A stretch of 64,000 nucleotides of DNA from Takakia lepidozioides. Its lineage: Eukaryota; Plantae; Bryophyta. The notes under the pieces are model-generated. The model was not told the origin of the DNA and made no database searches. It worked only from the letters and a program-made list of their open reading frames with translations. Shown here one piece after another: positions 1-13,172 of this stretch. Within the stretch, counting starts at the first letter, position 1. Every line of letters begins with the position of its first letter. Position numbers and translations under genes: made by a program. Where the stretch lies: assembly GCA_030704615.1 (NCBI GenBank), contig CM060733.1, positions 69,316,001-69,380,000 on the forward strand, in the 5' to 3' direction.

Positions 1-149
1 ACGCAATTACCCGCTGTCTACATGTGACTCCCCCTTTTGTGGCCCCATTCTAACGACCAAGGAAATATATTCACCCTGAATCTGGAAAGATGATGAAACC
101 CTGTAAGACTTTATTTACAACATGTACAATGGGTGAACGTGCATATGAT

Positions 150-1870
150 GTGAAGTTCCCAAAAAGGGGGGGAGGAACAACAAACAAGAGAAGAAAACAA
201 AAAGCTATAGTAAACTACTCAGCTAGAGAAAAAAACAAAAACTATAGTAAGCTACTCAACCAGCGACGAAAACAGAAGTTATAGTAAACTACTCAAGCAG
301 AGCGACCCTCCAGCCAACAGCCTGGAGGAGATCAGGCAAGGAGATAGGCAAAGTGTCAGGCAGAGGCGGAAGACGAGATGACGCGGAGCTAGCCACATCA
401 GCCCGATGCAAAATAGAGATGGTTTGTGCTCTCTGCAAAGCAATTGAAACACGTTGTCGATAGTAGGCGACAAGGACGGAGGCATGTGGGATGCCAGTGG
501 GCCCGCTCTTGGCTGCATGATGTGCACATGTCCGCAGGAAATCGTCGAAGTGCCGGTGCAATGAGCCAAATATTTCGACCGCCAGTGGAAGAAATGTGTC
601 GGTGGGGTGACGATCGCTGTAATCGCGCTCCTTGGCCTGGGCTGCTACAGTGGCTGCCGTGCCTGGTGTGGTAGCTGCACGAGATAGCAGATCCGCTCGA
701 GTGGGGTCGACGAGAACGACATCTGTTAAGGTACGCAAACCATCTCTAGATAGGACGATGTCAACACGGCGGCGTGTAGAGTGGGACGTGAGCGTGGGTC
801 GTAGATGTGGTTGCTCACGCAGTACATGATACCCTGCCTCCCGAGCAATAGATGCCACCGCATCGCGAACCATATCATGAGACGCACTGCGCTCACCACC
901 ACATGGACAGCGGAGGAGATGGATGGCAAGGTCATCGATGGGCTGAAGACAGACGCAGCGCTAAAAGCCCAATGCCGAAGGATGAGGCAAACCGAGTCGA
1001 AGGCGGAGCGCAGTAGTGAAAATAGGGGATGAGAGGCGAAAATGTGCGATAGTGGGTCGTGCTGTCAACCATGCCCCTGCTCCGGGTCCTGCACATGATA
1101 GAAGTCGGGCTCGATGCAACTCAGAATAAGCACTTGAGAGCATGCCAGAAAAAGAATGACGGTGCACGCGCTCGGAAATGGACTCCTGAAGATGGTCGAG
1201 GCCTTGAGCAACCAACTGCTCAAATGGTGGTAGACATGCTCGCGCCGGTGCCGGAAGAAGATCTCGTGCAGAGCAGAGATGCTGCTAGAAGGGTAAAATG
1301 CCACTGTCGACATGTGCAACGGCGTCTATAAGGATGGGACGATGGTCACAGAGAAATCGTGAAGCGAGGGCTGGCGCCACGAATGCCCAACTGCCGAGGA
1401 AAACTGACGGGGCGGTAGTGACAGTGGACAAAAGACCCACACCACCGGAAGAGACGGGGCAAGGTGGCTTGCTGTCGTGGCAAAAGTCCCTGAGCACCCT
1501 CTTGAGCTCCCGGTCCTAACAATCTCCCGAAGATAGTCATCATGGTAGTATCAAACCCAGATAAGAGGTGTAGGAAATCTGGGTTGGGTGGAACAGTGCG
1601 CAAGAGATATGAGGGACGCTGAAGGAAACATTTGGTCAAGATTCTATATGCTACCTGTACATCTCCGAGCCTAGGACGGAGATCGGCGTGGGTGGCATCC
1701 TGGTGGAGTGCATCTTCCAAGAAGGACGTTGTGAACTGGGCGGTGCCAAAAGGGACTCCCAGGATTCTGATGCCATTGGGCGGAGCAATAAAGTGAGCAG
1801 GGAGGACAAAATCTGCAGGGAGACCGGACGGAGACCACACCGCACATTTGCGAGGTTGCACTGAAAGGCC
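150..1870 (-). mobile_element. CRE-clade (RLE-type) non-LTR retrotransposon, 3' part: RT C-terminus, Zn knuckle and restriction-like endonuclease; frameshifted
   Basis: Minus-strand peptides GIRILGVPFG...; RARLLSCAGPGAGAWLTARP...ALRLRLGLPH; HLLRCPCGGERSASHD; RRVDIVL...TLTDVVLVDP...AAQAKERDY...FLPLAVEIFG...RVSIALQRAQ (PD-D/ExK RLE layout). Continues at 14113 on the far side of the LTR insertion. Confidence 0.85.
205..295. repeat. Three 17-bp motifs (CTATAGTAAACTACTCA-like) at 37-bp period in the 3' UTR of the CRE element
   Basis: Copies begin at 205, 242 and 279. Confidence 0.8.
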
Positions 1871-2733
1871 TGTTAGAGGGCTGCTTGGGACTTAGACGCT
1901 TTTACGGGTTATGTGGGGTACCCTTAATTTTTGCGCAGATTGAGACCAACATGAGCCTTAGGGGTGGCAGCAGCAGGCTTTAGGGGGGTTACACAGCCCG
2001 ACACAGCTTTACACAGCCCGTCACAGCCCGACACAGCCCAACACAGCCAGTCGCAGCCCGACACAGCCTTACACAGCCAGTCACAGCTCGGCACAGCTTG
2101 ACACAGCCTGTCACAGTACATGGGGAACAATTATCATTGACAGGGAACGACTGTGAGGGAACGACATCTGCAAAAGAAATGTGTTACTTCAGGGATGACG
2201 GTTAATTAGTTAGGTGGTTAGAACAGCTTGCGGGCAGATAAGGAGAGCGGCAACGGAAGGAATGACACTTCACGGGGAGCGCTTCTGGGTCATGCATGAG
2301 AGGAGATAAGGCGGGGAGCAAGAAGGAGGAAAGATGAACAGTAGATGCTGATTACCTGCAAAACTGTAGTGATACGGTAGGGCAGATTAGAGTCACCATG
2401 GCATTGGCCTGATACCTGATAAATCATAATCTGATACTTATTCGATACAAACACACTGTGTAGAGTGACATGAGTGAAGCTGTGGAATGAATGCATGATT
2501 AACTGGAACTTAATAGATACTGATGCAATCTGATGCTTCAGTATACACGGTAAGGTAAATTGATAACATGAAGGCAAGAAGGAATACAAATAGGAAGCAC
2601 AACCATGATTCACTAGCTGCAGGTCATGACTGATTGTTCTGAGCGGGCTGAGTACTTAGAGATATCCAACTCTTCTATCTTGGAGTTTCCACCTCGGATA
2701 GCGAAGGGATGGGTGAGTAAAAGCCGCTCGACA
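1871..2733 (+). repeat. 5' LTR (863 bp) containing ~10-bp CACAGCC-type tandem repeats
   Basis: Starts TGTTAGAGGG and ends CGCTCGACA; near-identical to 13173-14112. Confidence 0.95.
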
Positions 2734-2735
2734 TT

Positions 2736-2753
2736 TGGCGACCATACTGGGGA
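2736..2753 (+). other. Primer binding site, tRNA-Arg-like
   Basis: TGGCGACCATACTGGGGA, 2 nt after the LTR end; resembles the TGGCGAC...GGGGA PBS of Ogre/Tat elements. The tRNA identity is inferred. Confidence 0.8.
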
Positions 2754-3449
2754 ACTGGGTCATGAACAACCAGATGTGACAGGCATCTGGTGGGATCATG
2801 GTGGATGGAGAATTAAAGAATTTGATGTGAATCAAATTCCCTGTGAAACTGAGAAGGAAGATTGTCCAAACAATTCTTTCAGAGGTTCTTGGAATTGCCA
2901 GACGGTTGTAAAGAAAACATTCTTAAGAGAGTGCATGATGCTGACCCTGAGTGGGGTCTGGAGAAAGGGGTGATAAAGATTTATCAGGTGGCCTGTAGAG
3001 GAAGAGCACGTTGGTTACCAACATTGGTTTATGTGATAGCATTGCTATCCATTAAGCGAGTAGAGTTTGAAGGCTGGGAGGAAAGGAAGGTGAAAGTTTA
3101 TACTCATATGCATTAGGAGCTTGTTCTGGTAAAGAATTGGATTCCAAAGGATATTCTGTGGATCAAACTCACACCAAGAACAGCTTTCCAGACTTGTTTG
3201 CCATATGGTTATATGGTAACGGAGACTTCTAGTATAGCCAAGGGTGCATTGAAGCTTGAAAGAAACCCAGGCATATACGAGAGATACTACAGAAGAGAGT
3301 TTTGGTTATTGCCACATTAAAGAAATTAAAGACATGGGACATGAGTGATGAAAGAGAAGCTAGACTCCAGAGATATTCAGCAAAAAGAGAAAGTTATCTG
3401 AAAGCTAATTATCCATATCTTTGGGAGAGAGGAATAGACATAGGGGAAT

Positions 3450-4117
3450 CATCTCCAATTTATGCAAGTGCTCATTCTTAGAGCTGTACACACTGAAATC
3501 ATCCAAGAACACCTGCATGAAATCATCCAGATACTCATGAAAAGATTCACTTATCACTCTCTGAAAGGTTGCTGGTGCATTACAAAGTCCAAAAGGCATG
3601 ACTTTGTATGCATAAGCACCCCAGTCTGTGATGAAAGTTGTCTTTCCCTGGCCACTTGCACTTGATTATAACCACTGAAGCCATCCATGAATGAGTACAT
3701 CTCATGGCCTGCCACAGTGTCCAATACCGCTTCTGTGAATGGCAAAGGGAAAGGATCTTTCTTCGTGCAAGCATTCAACTTCTTATAGTTCACACAAACT
3801 CTCAGTTTACCATTCTTCTTGGGAACTATCACAATGGGTGACAACCAAGTTGTATACTCTATCGGGTATATAAACTTAGCCTCAGCCAACTTCTTGATCT
3901 CTTCTCCAACCTTCGGTGCATAGTTGGGATTCATTCTGTACCTTGTCTGTTTGATTGGTACTGACCCTGGTTCCAGTTCAATCTTATGCTGACAGATCTC
4001 AGGTGGTATCCCTTTTAGATCCTCGTAGCTCCAAGCAAATACATCTTTGTATTTGATGAACAAACTCTTAGCTTCCTCAAAGAATTCTGGCTCCAAATCA
4101 GCCCCTACCTTCACCAT
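3450..4117 (-). pseudogene. Gypsy reverse transcriptase, N-terminal part (inside the inverted segment), frameshifted
   Basis: KYKDVFAWSY, WLSPIVIVPKKNGKLRVCVNYKKLN, KDPFPLP, FMDGFSGYNQ, MPFGLCNAPATFQR, VFLDDF. Confidence 0.95.
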
Positions 4118-4130
4118 CCTCGGTTCCTCT

Positions 4131-6353
4131 TCAGTCCATGACTGTTTCTCGCCCTTCCGGCTTCACATTATAACTGGTCACCTTGCTGTTCAGGTCTGTG
4201 TTCCCTGTCACATGGGCAATTCGATTGATTGCTTGATACAGCCTGTGTCTACAATAAGGTGCCACAGCCAATAGCTGTCCAATGGTAATCTCTGCTTTGG
4301 ACTGGCATATTACTTCAGCCAAAGTCCCTTCATTACTCTGCATGTTTGCAGCTTCTTTCTTCCCTTCATCCTCACTCACTTCCTTTTCTCTTTCAGAATC
4401 AGAGGAATCTGCCATAGGAATATCAGTACTCTTCTGCATTTCCCTTATGGTATCTGCCACTTCTTTGTGCAGTTCCTTCTCATCTCTCCAAGCCTCATCG
4501 TCTTCAGGCACATCACTGCCATCTTCATTATCATCATCTTCTTCATCTACTGGAGGTATTAGTTTGGCTTTGCTTCTCGTTACTATCATTGTATTTACTT
4601 CTGGTACAACACATGGCCTAACCATGTGAGCTGCCACCACTGGCCCCTCATTCACAGGAGCTCTCATCTCATTCTGGTGTCTGATCCAGAATGGACAGGC
4701 TGCCTTGCGATGGCCTGCCTGATTACAATAGTAACACAGTTCTTCCCCATTAGGTCCTCGCCCTTGGTCTGTTCTGGAATTGTTTCTGTAATCCTGATTC
4801 CCTGGCTGGTAATTCCCCCTTGGATTACCCTGATAGTTGCCTCTGGAATTTCCTTGGTAATTCCCTCTTGAATTACCTCTCCCTTCCATGCCATTGTTAT
4901 AACCACCAGGCCTACCATAGTGGTCCTGATTACTGTTTCTTCTTGGCTGGGGCTGCACTTGATGCACCCTTACTTGCCTAGGTTCTCTAGCTGCTGTCCT
5001 TCTGTTGTAGTAACAATTCTCAGTAGAATGGTTATCCATTTTACAGATAGTACAGTGTTTCTCCTTCATGTGGCATTCAGTGGTGGTATGGCCTTCATTC
5101 TGGCACTTTGCACACCAAACACCCTTCCTCCAATGTGTTACAGTCTCTGTGGCATACTTCTTCAAGATTTCTTCTAATCTTTTCTCATAGTTATCCCTCT
5201 TCAACTTCTCCTTTCTCTTACTCTTCCTTTTCAGCTCTTGTTCTTCTTCCTCATCTGACTCATCCTCAGAGTCCTCATCATCCCTTTTCTCTCTCCTGAG
5301 CATTCCCAATTGCTCAATTCTGTTCGCTGTTTCAAATGCCTCCTCCACTGTATTATGGGGTAACATATCCACTTTCTTTTGCAACTCTGGTCTTAGTCCA
5401 CTCACAAACCAAGTCTTCTGTAAACTTGGTGCTGGTACAGCAGCCAGCTTTTTCATCATCAATTCCATTTTTTCCATATACTCCTCAACAGTTTCATGCT
5501 TCTTTTGCTTTAACTGTTGTAAACTTCCATACACTTCATCCTCAGTTTTACTTGTCCTGAACCTATTTCGGAATGCTGTATTCAAGCCATTCCAGGTTAG
5601 GAAATGATTATCAGGGAATCTTGCATACCATTCACTTGCTTTCTTAAGTGAACAAGGAAACAATCTCATCTTGGCATCATCGCCATTCTCATTGTTCACA
5701 ATACACATGTGCTCAAATTGGCTAATGTGTACATCAGGATCCCCTTTTTCTGAATATATTGGAAAAGGTGGTTTTGCCCGTGTTGGTTGTAACGCCATCT
5801 GTGGCCCTACCTTCTACCCACTGACAGATGCTGGCCCCCTTGCTGGTGCTGGTCCTTGAGGACCTGTTGTAGTTGTGGTGGATCTTCCACCCAGTGGTGG
5901 CCCCTGAGCACTCCCTGCTACTGGCCCCACGATATTCACAGTATTCCCAGCTCCAGTTGCACTACTTCCCACACTCCCTGTCCCCCCAGAGCCAGATCCA
6001 GGCTGCCCGCCTGATCCCCCTGAGCCGACACCTTCGTTAGCCTGTGATCTAAGTGCTCCACTTGATCCAAGTCCAACGGGTTGGGATGTCCTGGTTGTAG
6101 TCTCAACCTCAGCTGTTGGGTCTACTTCTTCATACTCTTCCTCTTCCAATTTCTTCTCTCTGTTTTCATCTTCCAAGTTCTGCCCTTGGGTTTCTTCTTC
6201 TTCACTCATGTAACTCAATTGCAATGGTGTTGGAGAGTCTGAAGTCTCCGTTGGCTCTGCCACATCCTCTCCTCCTTCTTCGTCTTCCGTTTTAGAAATC
6301 GGAGTTCCTGCTTTTGGTGTTCCATGCCAACTCTTATCAAAGATTCCTGTCAA
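4131..6353 (-). pseudogene. Gypsy gag (Retrotrans_gag plus CCHC knuckles) with upstream low-complexity extension, inside the inverted segment
   Basis: ORF 5798-4131: DPDVHISQFE...RLFPCSL..ASEWY...TWNGLNTAFRNRF; knuckles CAKCQNEGHTTTEC, CTICKMDNHSTENC, CYYCNQAGHRKAAC. Confidence 0.9.
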
Positions 6354-6512
6354 ATCTTTTATCTAGGGATGTACCTCAGATCTTTCACCTCGTGGTTGAT
6401 ATTCTTCCCGTACCAATTCCCTTAATCTTTCTTGCAAAGAAAAAGAAGGAGTGGCATCCAACTCTAGTTCTTCCGGTATGGGTGATGTACTCTCTGATCT
6501 TAATGGTGTAGT

Positions 6513-8570
6513 TTGGCCAGATGCAGGATGAGAGGTCTGGGCCTGAATCCAGAGAAGTGTACTTTCTGTGTGAACTCAGGGGTGCTTCTGGGACATATTG
6601 TGTGTAAGAGGGGACTTCTTGTGGATCCCAGGAAGACAAAGGCCATTAAAGCCTCTCCACCACCAGTAAATGTTAAGAGTCTAAGGAGATTCCTTGGACA
6701 AGCCAGTTATTACAGAAGATTTGTCAAAAGGTATGCACAGATAGCAGCACCATTGAGCAAGCTTCTGAAGAAAGATGCAGTGTTTGCATGGACAGTTGAA
6801 TGTCAACAGGCTTTTGAGGAACTTACATTGTCAGTAACAACTACACCTGTGCTGATTAACCCTCACTGGCATGTAGTATTTCATGTTCACTGTGATGCCT
6901 CAGGAGAAGCGTTGGGAGCGGTGTTAGCCCAAAATGTTACAGGAAATATAGATTCACCTGTGTATTATGCTAGCAGGTTGATGAACAATGCTGAAAGGAA
7001 CTATAGCACAACTGAAAGAGAAGCACTGGCAATGATTTATACAGTCAAGAAATTCAGGCATTACCTATTGGGAAGAAAGTTTATGTTTTATGTGGATCAC
7101 CAGGCTCTGATATATCTGGTGAACAAACCTTTGATAAGTGGAAGGATAGCAAGGTGGTTAATAATCTTGCACGAGTTTGAGTTCGAAGTTGTTTACAAGC
7201 CTGGCCGTTTGCATCTTGTGGCAGATCATTTGTCACACCTAACAACAGGAGAGCCCGCCATAGGAGTAGACGACCAATTACCTGATGCGAGTTTATTTGC
7301 AATGGAGGTGCAAGGAAGTGCAGATGAATGGTTAGATTGGCAGTGGCCAATCAGATATTACCTTACTCATGGTCAGTGCCCACCTAGTTATGGTAAGGAG
7401 CAGAGGAAGAGAATCGCTATCAAGGCTTTACCTTATACTATGATAGGGGGCAGAATGTATAAGCTAGGACCTGATGGAGTACTTAAACGATGCTTGTACC
7501 ACCATGAAGTAAATAAAGTTTTGGAGGAAGTTCATATAGGAGTGGCTGGAGGTCATTTTGGAGAAGAGACTACCAGTAGGAAGATACTACTTGCAGGTTA
7601 CTGGTGGCCTACTTTGTTCAAAGATGTACACAAGTATTGTCAGAGTTGTGATGAATGTCAGAGGCTAGGTCCTTTGCAGAGATCTGGGAAGATGGCTTTG
7701 CATCCTACGATGCCTACTGAACCATTTCAGAAATGGAGACTAGACTTTTTTGGACCAATTAACCCACCGGCCAAGAATACATAGAACAAGTACATAATTA
7801 CAACCACTGATTATACTACGAAGTGGGTGGAAGCTAAAGTTCTGAAGGACAACACAGCCAAGTCCACAGCAAGGTTCCTGTATGAGAACATACTTACACG
7901 ATTTGGCTGTCCCTTGGAATTTATCAGTGACCAGGGAAGTCACTTCATTAATGAGACCATTGAACTATTGACTAAAGAGTTCATGATTGTGCATAGGAAG
8001 AGTACAACGTATTACCCACAGGGTAATGGGCAGGCAGAGGCTACCAACAAAATACTATGTACTATCTTGGCTCAGATAGTCAATGCAAACAGAATGGATT
8101 GGGATACAAAGCTGCTGACAGCTTTGTGGTCATACAGGACTTCATATAAAGTCACCACTAAGTATACACCATTCCAATTAGTTTATGGTATGGAAGCTTT
8201 ACTTCCAGTGGAATTCTTGTTACCTATCATGAGAACTGAATGGGGAAAGAGAATGGAATTGGAAGATTCAATTAAGGTCAGGAAACATGAATTATACCAT
8301 GTGGAAGAAGTACGTGCTGATGCAGCTGATAACATGACCAGAATTCAGATGAAGAGGAAGGAACAGTTTGATGAAGGCAAATTAAAGACTTTTAAGACGG
8401 GAGATTTGGTTCTCTGGTTGCAGAAGAAGGGGAAGATTAAAGCTTCTAAGCTTAAATCACCATGGAATGGACCTTATGTCATACAGAAGATGTATGATAA
8501 CAACACAGCCATGTTACAAATCATTAACAAAGAGATGCTGGGAAGAGTCAATGCCAATAAGTTGAAGGGG
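6513..8570 (+). pseudogene. Gypsy pol C-terminal part: RT thumb, RNase H, integrase (one in-frame stop at 7782)
   Basis: LNPEKC..LLGHIV, HCDASG.ALGAVL, ERNYSTTEREALA, YVDHQAL, H..GGHF...GYWWP...CDECQ, FGCPLEFISDQGSHF, YYPQGNGQAE, WNGPY. Confidence 0.95.
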
Positions 8571-9595
8571 TACAGTGGTATCCATGACAAACCATTGCAG
8601 CACAATTTGCATGTTGAAACGCAAAAGCAGTCACGGGCTGCGCCAGTGATACCAACGGAGTATGGAGCACTTGTCGCTAAGCCGAGCATATATGACCAGG
8701 GCGGGAACTACAGGTGTTCGCATACCTATCACAGCCCATCACAGTGTGACACAGCCTATCACAGCCCATCACAGTGCCACACAGCCTATCACAGCCCAAC
8801 ACAGCCCATACAAATTACACAGTCCATAGGGTCAGTGACAGGTGGACGCGAATTAACGTTAGAAAAGTGGCCATCAAGTGAAGAAAAAGTTTGGAAGTCA
8901 AACTTGGAGAATGTGCCACGCGGAGAGGGGAGGACGGGGGCATGTTTAGAAATGGACACATGGCGGCTAAGGCGAAGCACACCGCGCTGCATCGATTGCA
9001 AAAATGAGTTTCATCATGCAAGAGGACAAATCGGGCCGTCAAAGTACCTACCCGGTACAGCAACTAACACTAATTGTGGGCCCATTAATGCATTCAGTGC
9101 CAGGGTAACGGAACCCTTTTCGAGTTCAGAAAATGGAAACCTATGCCACATGTGCTGTCCTACTAGACATTCCAAGTGGAAATGTCCATGGAGGGGGGTG
9201 GAATTAAGGAATTATCTAAGCAGTCCACAGCCAATCAGGAGTGAGAATTACATGCAGGTGGTTCCCTCCAAGAAACAAGAAAAAGAAATAAGAAGTGTTA
9301 TGAGCGGAAGAGTCGGAGTGGCTCTGAATAGCAAAGCTCTCGACGGAAGGGGCAATCAAAGCACACTAGCCTGGTAGCTATGGCAGATGTAACCGATTAT
9401 ACACTCGCTTTACTTCTCACGCAGTGGCGCAAGGACGGACGTATTGAGAGTATATTTTCTCTCACTCGTTACTTGCAAGCCCCACAGGCTTACACGCACT
9501 TACATGTTCCATTCTGTGCCAACCATACCTTCATGCTCTGTGCCCTGCAAGCTTTCCTTCAGCTATTTCAAACAAAGCCTTTCTGTTTGTCTAGA

Positions 9596-12500
9596 ATGAA
9601 GAGAGTGAGGGGAATGGAGGATATCAGGGTGAAGAGCACCACGATACTGCAGAAGCAAACAATTGCAGCACCGCAGGCAGTACAGCTGCTAAGGGAGTTG
9701 CGATTGGAGGGGCTGAGGACTGGCCCTTGCATCATCGGCAGTTCATGATACAACTTCTTCAGAACTTTGAGCCTCGGACGGGAGTTACTCAGGTGAGGGG
9801 AGTAGATATAGAAATTACTCCGCAGTACCTGCAGCAATTGTTTGATTTGCCATCAGGACATGTGGATGTGGATGAGCACAGGGCAAGATCGCAGATAGGG
9901 AATTTGTTCCAAGAAGGGAGTTTCTTTAAAACTCAAGGTTACGCTTGTACCAAAGCCGAGTACCCAGGGCTTAGGGAAGTTGGAAAATATTGAACGTTCT
10001 GTTTGCCATGAAACAGAACCAACAGTATTTGAGCAGGTCATTCACAGAGGAGATCCTGAAGGCTTTGAGGGGAGAGGATGTCGCTTGGGCGAAGTTAATG
10101 TACAATGGACTGGTGGACGAGATGAAGAGGTTACAGGGCACTGATACTAAGTCTCCGATCATTGTGTCTGGTCCAGTCATTGCCCAAATAATTCTTGATT
10201 CTTGCATACTTGATACTCGGGAACGTAAGGAGATGGGAGTGTTTGAGGCAGAAACCACTGCAATTGAAGAGCAGGGCTCTTCACACAGTGAGGGTGGACT
10301 GGCAAGGCAACACCAGTCTAAGAGACAGAGGCGGGGTATGACTGTAGTGGCGGATCCACTGGCTTCACGGAAACCGCACGATAATGTTTCCCAAGCTTTT
10401 GTGCAAGATGGGGCACAGCAGCACAGAGAGCTGTTATTATTGAAAGCACAGCCTTCGGAAAGGGAAGAGGAAGTCACTTTGATACCACAGCCACCACAAC
10501 CAATTGACTCAGTTGTTTTAGAGGTTCCACAGTTAGTACATGTTGTGACATCACCCCCAATTGCTTTGGAAGGAGAAAGGTTGGACATTCCCACTACAAA
10601 GCAGGTCATGGCCGAAATTGAGAAGGGTGACCTTCTCTATGAAAACTCTGGCTTGGTAAGGGAATTAGTGATTCCAGAGGTGCAGCGGTTGTCCAGGGAG
10701 AACCCTGTTGTGCATGTAATACCCACACCTGTGACGGAGGTACCAGGGGTAGAATATCAAGACACTGCAGCACCTGTGGCGGATGAGGTGGTTCAGGAAG
10801 AAAATCTGGTGGGGCAATGGCCTGAATGGTTGGTGAGGCATCACACTGTCGAGGATCAGGAAGAACAGCAGCAAGCTCACCATGATGACCCTCAGCAGGC
10901 CATGCTTATGAGTTCCATAAGCAGAACACTTAATTTGTTGGGCACTTATGTGAAATCTCATGTTCCATCTACCCAATTGGCAACTTTGAGGGAGGAACTC
11001 AGGAAGGAGTTTGAGGCTCGACTTGCCACTGAGTGTGCTAACAAGGTAGAGAGGAGGTCAATCTCAAGTTACAGCAAGAGTTAGAGGACACAAAGGCTGT
11101 TTTGCAGTTGGCCAAGGAACATCTGATTGAAGCCCGCCTGGAGCAGGATCAGTTGCATGAAGCACATAAACAACAGTTATACCAAATGCAGGTGAAACAT
11201 GAGGGCAAGTTGCAAGAAGTGAATGCACTACATACAGAGTTGCAGGCAGTACATGAGAGGATGACCATACAATGTGCTACACTCACAACTACTCTTGAGC
11301 AAACTGCATTAGAAGTTAACAGACAAGGGGAGAGATGTATGAAGGCAGAGGCAGAGATAATCGAGCAGGCGAAACTCATTGTTGATATGAAGAATACAAT
11401 CTGTCGCAATGAGAATACTTTCAAGCAATACAGACAAGTTGAGGCTGACCAAGAGAGGTACATCCTGGAGTTGCAACAAACAGTCATGGTAAATAGAAAT
11501 GAACTCTCTGTGGCTAACAAGGCTTGGAAGGAAGACAATAATCTGGCTGCTGCCTATGCGAGTTTGGTTGAACCTTATGCAAAGCGCATGGAGGCTTTAC
11601 AGCAGCAGTTAGATGTGTACAGGCTCACAGAGGAGCAGACTCTCAGGGGTGCCACACACGACTTGGTGGATAACCACCTTATGCAGGTCTGGTTAGCACA
11701 AGGGCCGGTGGAAGGCAAAGCACCACGGAAGCTCACCCAGGGCGAGATGAATGAGCTCAGACTGCAGGTGCAAAACATTGCCACAACTACTATAGACAAT
11801 GTCTATAGTAGGATAGCGGAGCTACATGAGGATGTAGAAGGCCTGCAGACTCAGGTGGATGACCTGAGTTCAAATATTGACAAGAGAGTCTTTGTACCCG
11901 AGGAACAGCTGATAGCTACTTATTTACAGGCCAGAACTCTAATTTTTCAGTCTTCTTCGCAAGGGGTGCAGGAGATGCCAGTGGTAGAAGGGCCAGTGGT
12001 CCCAATACCACAACAAGTGACTGTGCAGGTAGCTGACCCTGTTGTTACTACAGCCACACCACAGCCTGAGGTATGGGGGGATGCTGCTTTTAACCACCTA
12101 AGACTCCTGCTGCACGAGAGTACAGTCGGCTATGATTATGCCCTTCAACCAAATTCCCATTGTGTTGGATTTGGCTTGGAAGAAATTTAGTCCGCCACAG
12201 TCGTTGGCTCATTACTACCAGATCATGCGCATTTGGCTGCCAGTGGCGACTAGGACTAAGGTTCTTCCAAACAATCGACCCATTGAGGATCATCACTTTG
12301 CGAGGTACTGGTCTGAAGCAGGTACCATGTTGAAGGAATTAATTGCCTTCTAAGTTGTACATGGGTACGTTTATACCAAAACCAATGAGGTATCAAGTAT
12401 TGTCATGGGCTGTGGATTATACTATGCTGATTGTTTTCTGGCACGTTATCACATTGAGCAGCAGAAGATGCAATCGCGATTTCTGAGTTATTCCAGTGGG

Positions 12501-13133
12501 GATCATTGGGTCTTACCTTCAGTGCCACCTCATATGTACCTATATGATGCAAAAGTTATGATGCAGAAGGATTCCTAACTTCGTTCATGGTTTCATTCGG
12601 CTTGGAATAATTTGACAACACATAAATTCAGCCCTGAGGATATTTTCTTTAAGGGACATGAGGCATGGAAATACTTGCACTGTTCCCAAGTCATTGGCAC
12701 ACCTCTTACATATACAGATAAGGAGTTCAGGACGTTCACTAATTTTGCGTGCCAGCGCTTACAACAAGTTGTACAATTTAAACTTCCAGATATGGTTGGA
12801 CAACATTGTATGCCACACAGGATTCCACTTAAAGTTTGGTCGTTAAAACACCTAAGGGGAGACGAGGATTCTGATACTACTGTTTCTTCAGCGGACTCTT
12901 TTGACATGGCAGAGGACTATGCAATTCAGATGGCAGAGAAGAAACGACGGGGATCTCCTATGCCTGAGAGGTTACCTCGTTATCAGCCAAAGGAGGGTCA
13001 GACATTTCCAGGTAGTGCTCAATCATCTCCGTCAACCAGTGACAGGATTCGGGCTCGCACACGGAGTCCTTCACGAGACTCTCACCATCGGAAGGGTGCT
13101 CGCTCACAAAGGTTTGCTAATCCCAAACAGTAA
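9596..13133 (+). pseudogene. Extra sense ORF(s) 3' of integrase (accessory protein with long coiled-coil region), frameshifted
   Basis: Chained ORFs 9596-9748, 9727-9993, 9990-11084, 11102-12190, 12132-12353 and 12612-13133 end just before the PPT; GEDVAWAKLMY resembles Athila/Tat accessory-ORF motifs; E/Q/L-rich heptad region. Confidence 0.65.
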
Positions 13134-13154
13134 ACCGTGAGGACACGGCTTTTT

Positions 13155-13168
13155 GAGAGGGGGAGGGG
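13155..13168 (+). other. Polypurine tract
   Basis: GAGAGGGGGAGGGG, 4 nt before the 3' LTR. Confidence 0.9.
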
Positions 13169-13172
13169 TAAA

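Noticed and set aside
2290-2613. 107-aa ORF duplicated at 13669-13992
   Set aside because: Antisense frame within the LTRs; the duplication reflects LTR identity, not coding function.
3450-6510. A second LTR element nested in antisense
   Set aside because: No LTRs or TSD around it, no duplicated domains, and both reading frames rejoin on re-inversion.
8570-9377. Long C-terminal extension of integrase in ORF 7827-9377
   Set aside because: Runs through the CACAGCC repeats and promoter-like DNA; probably read-through after a lost stop.
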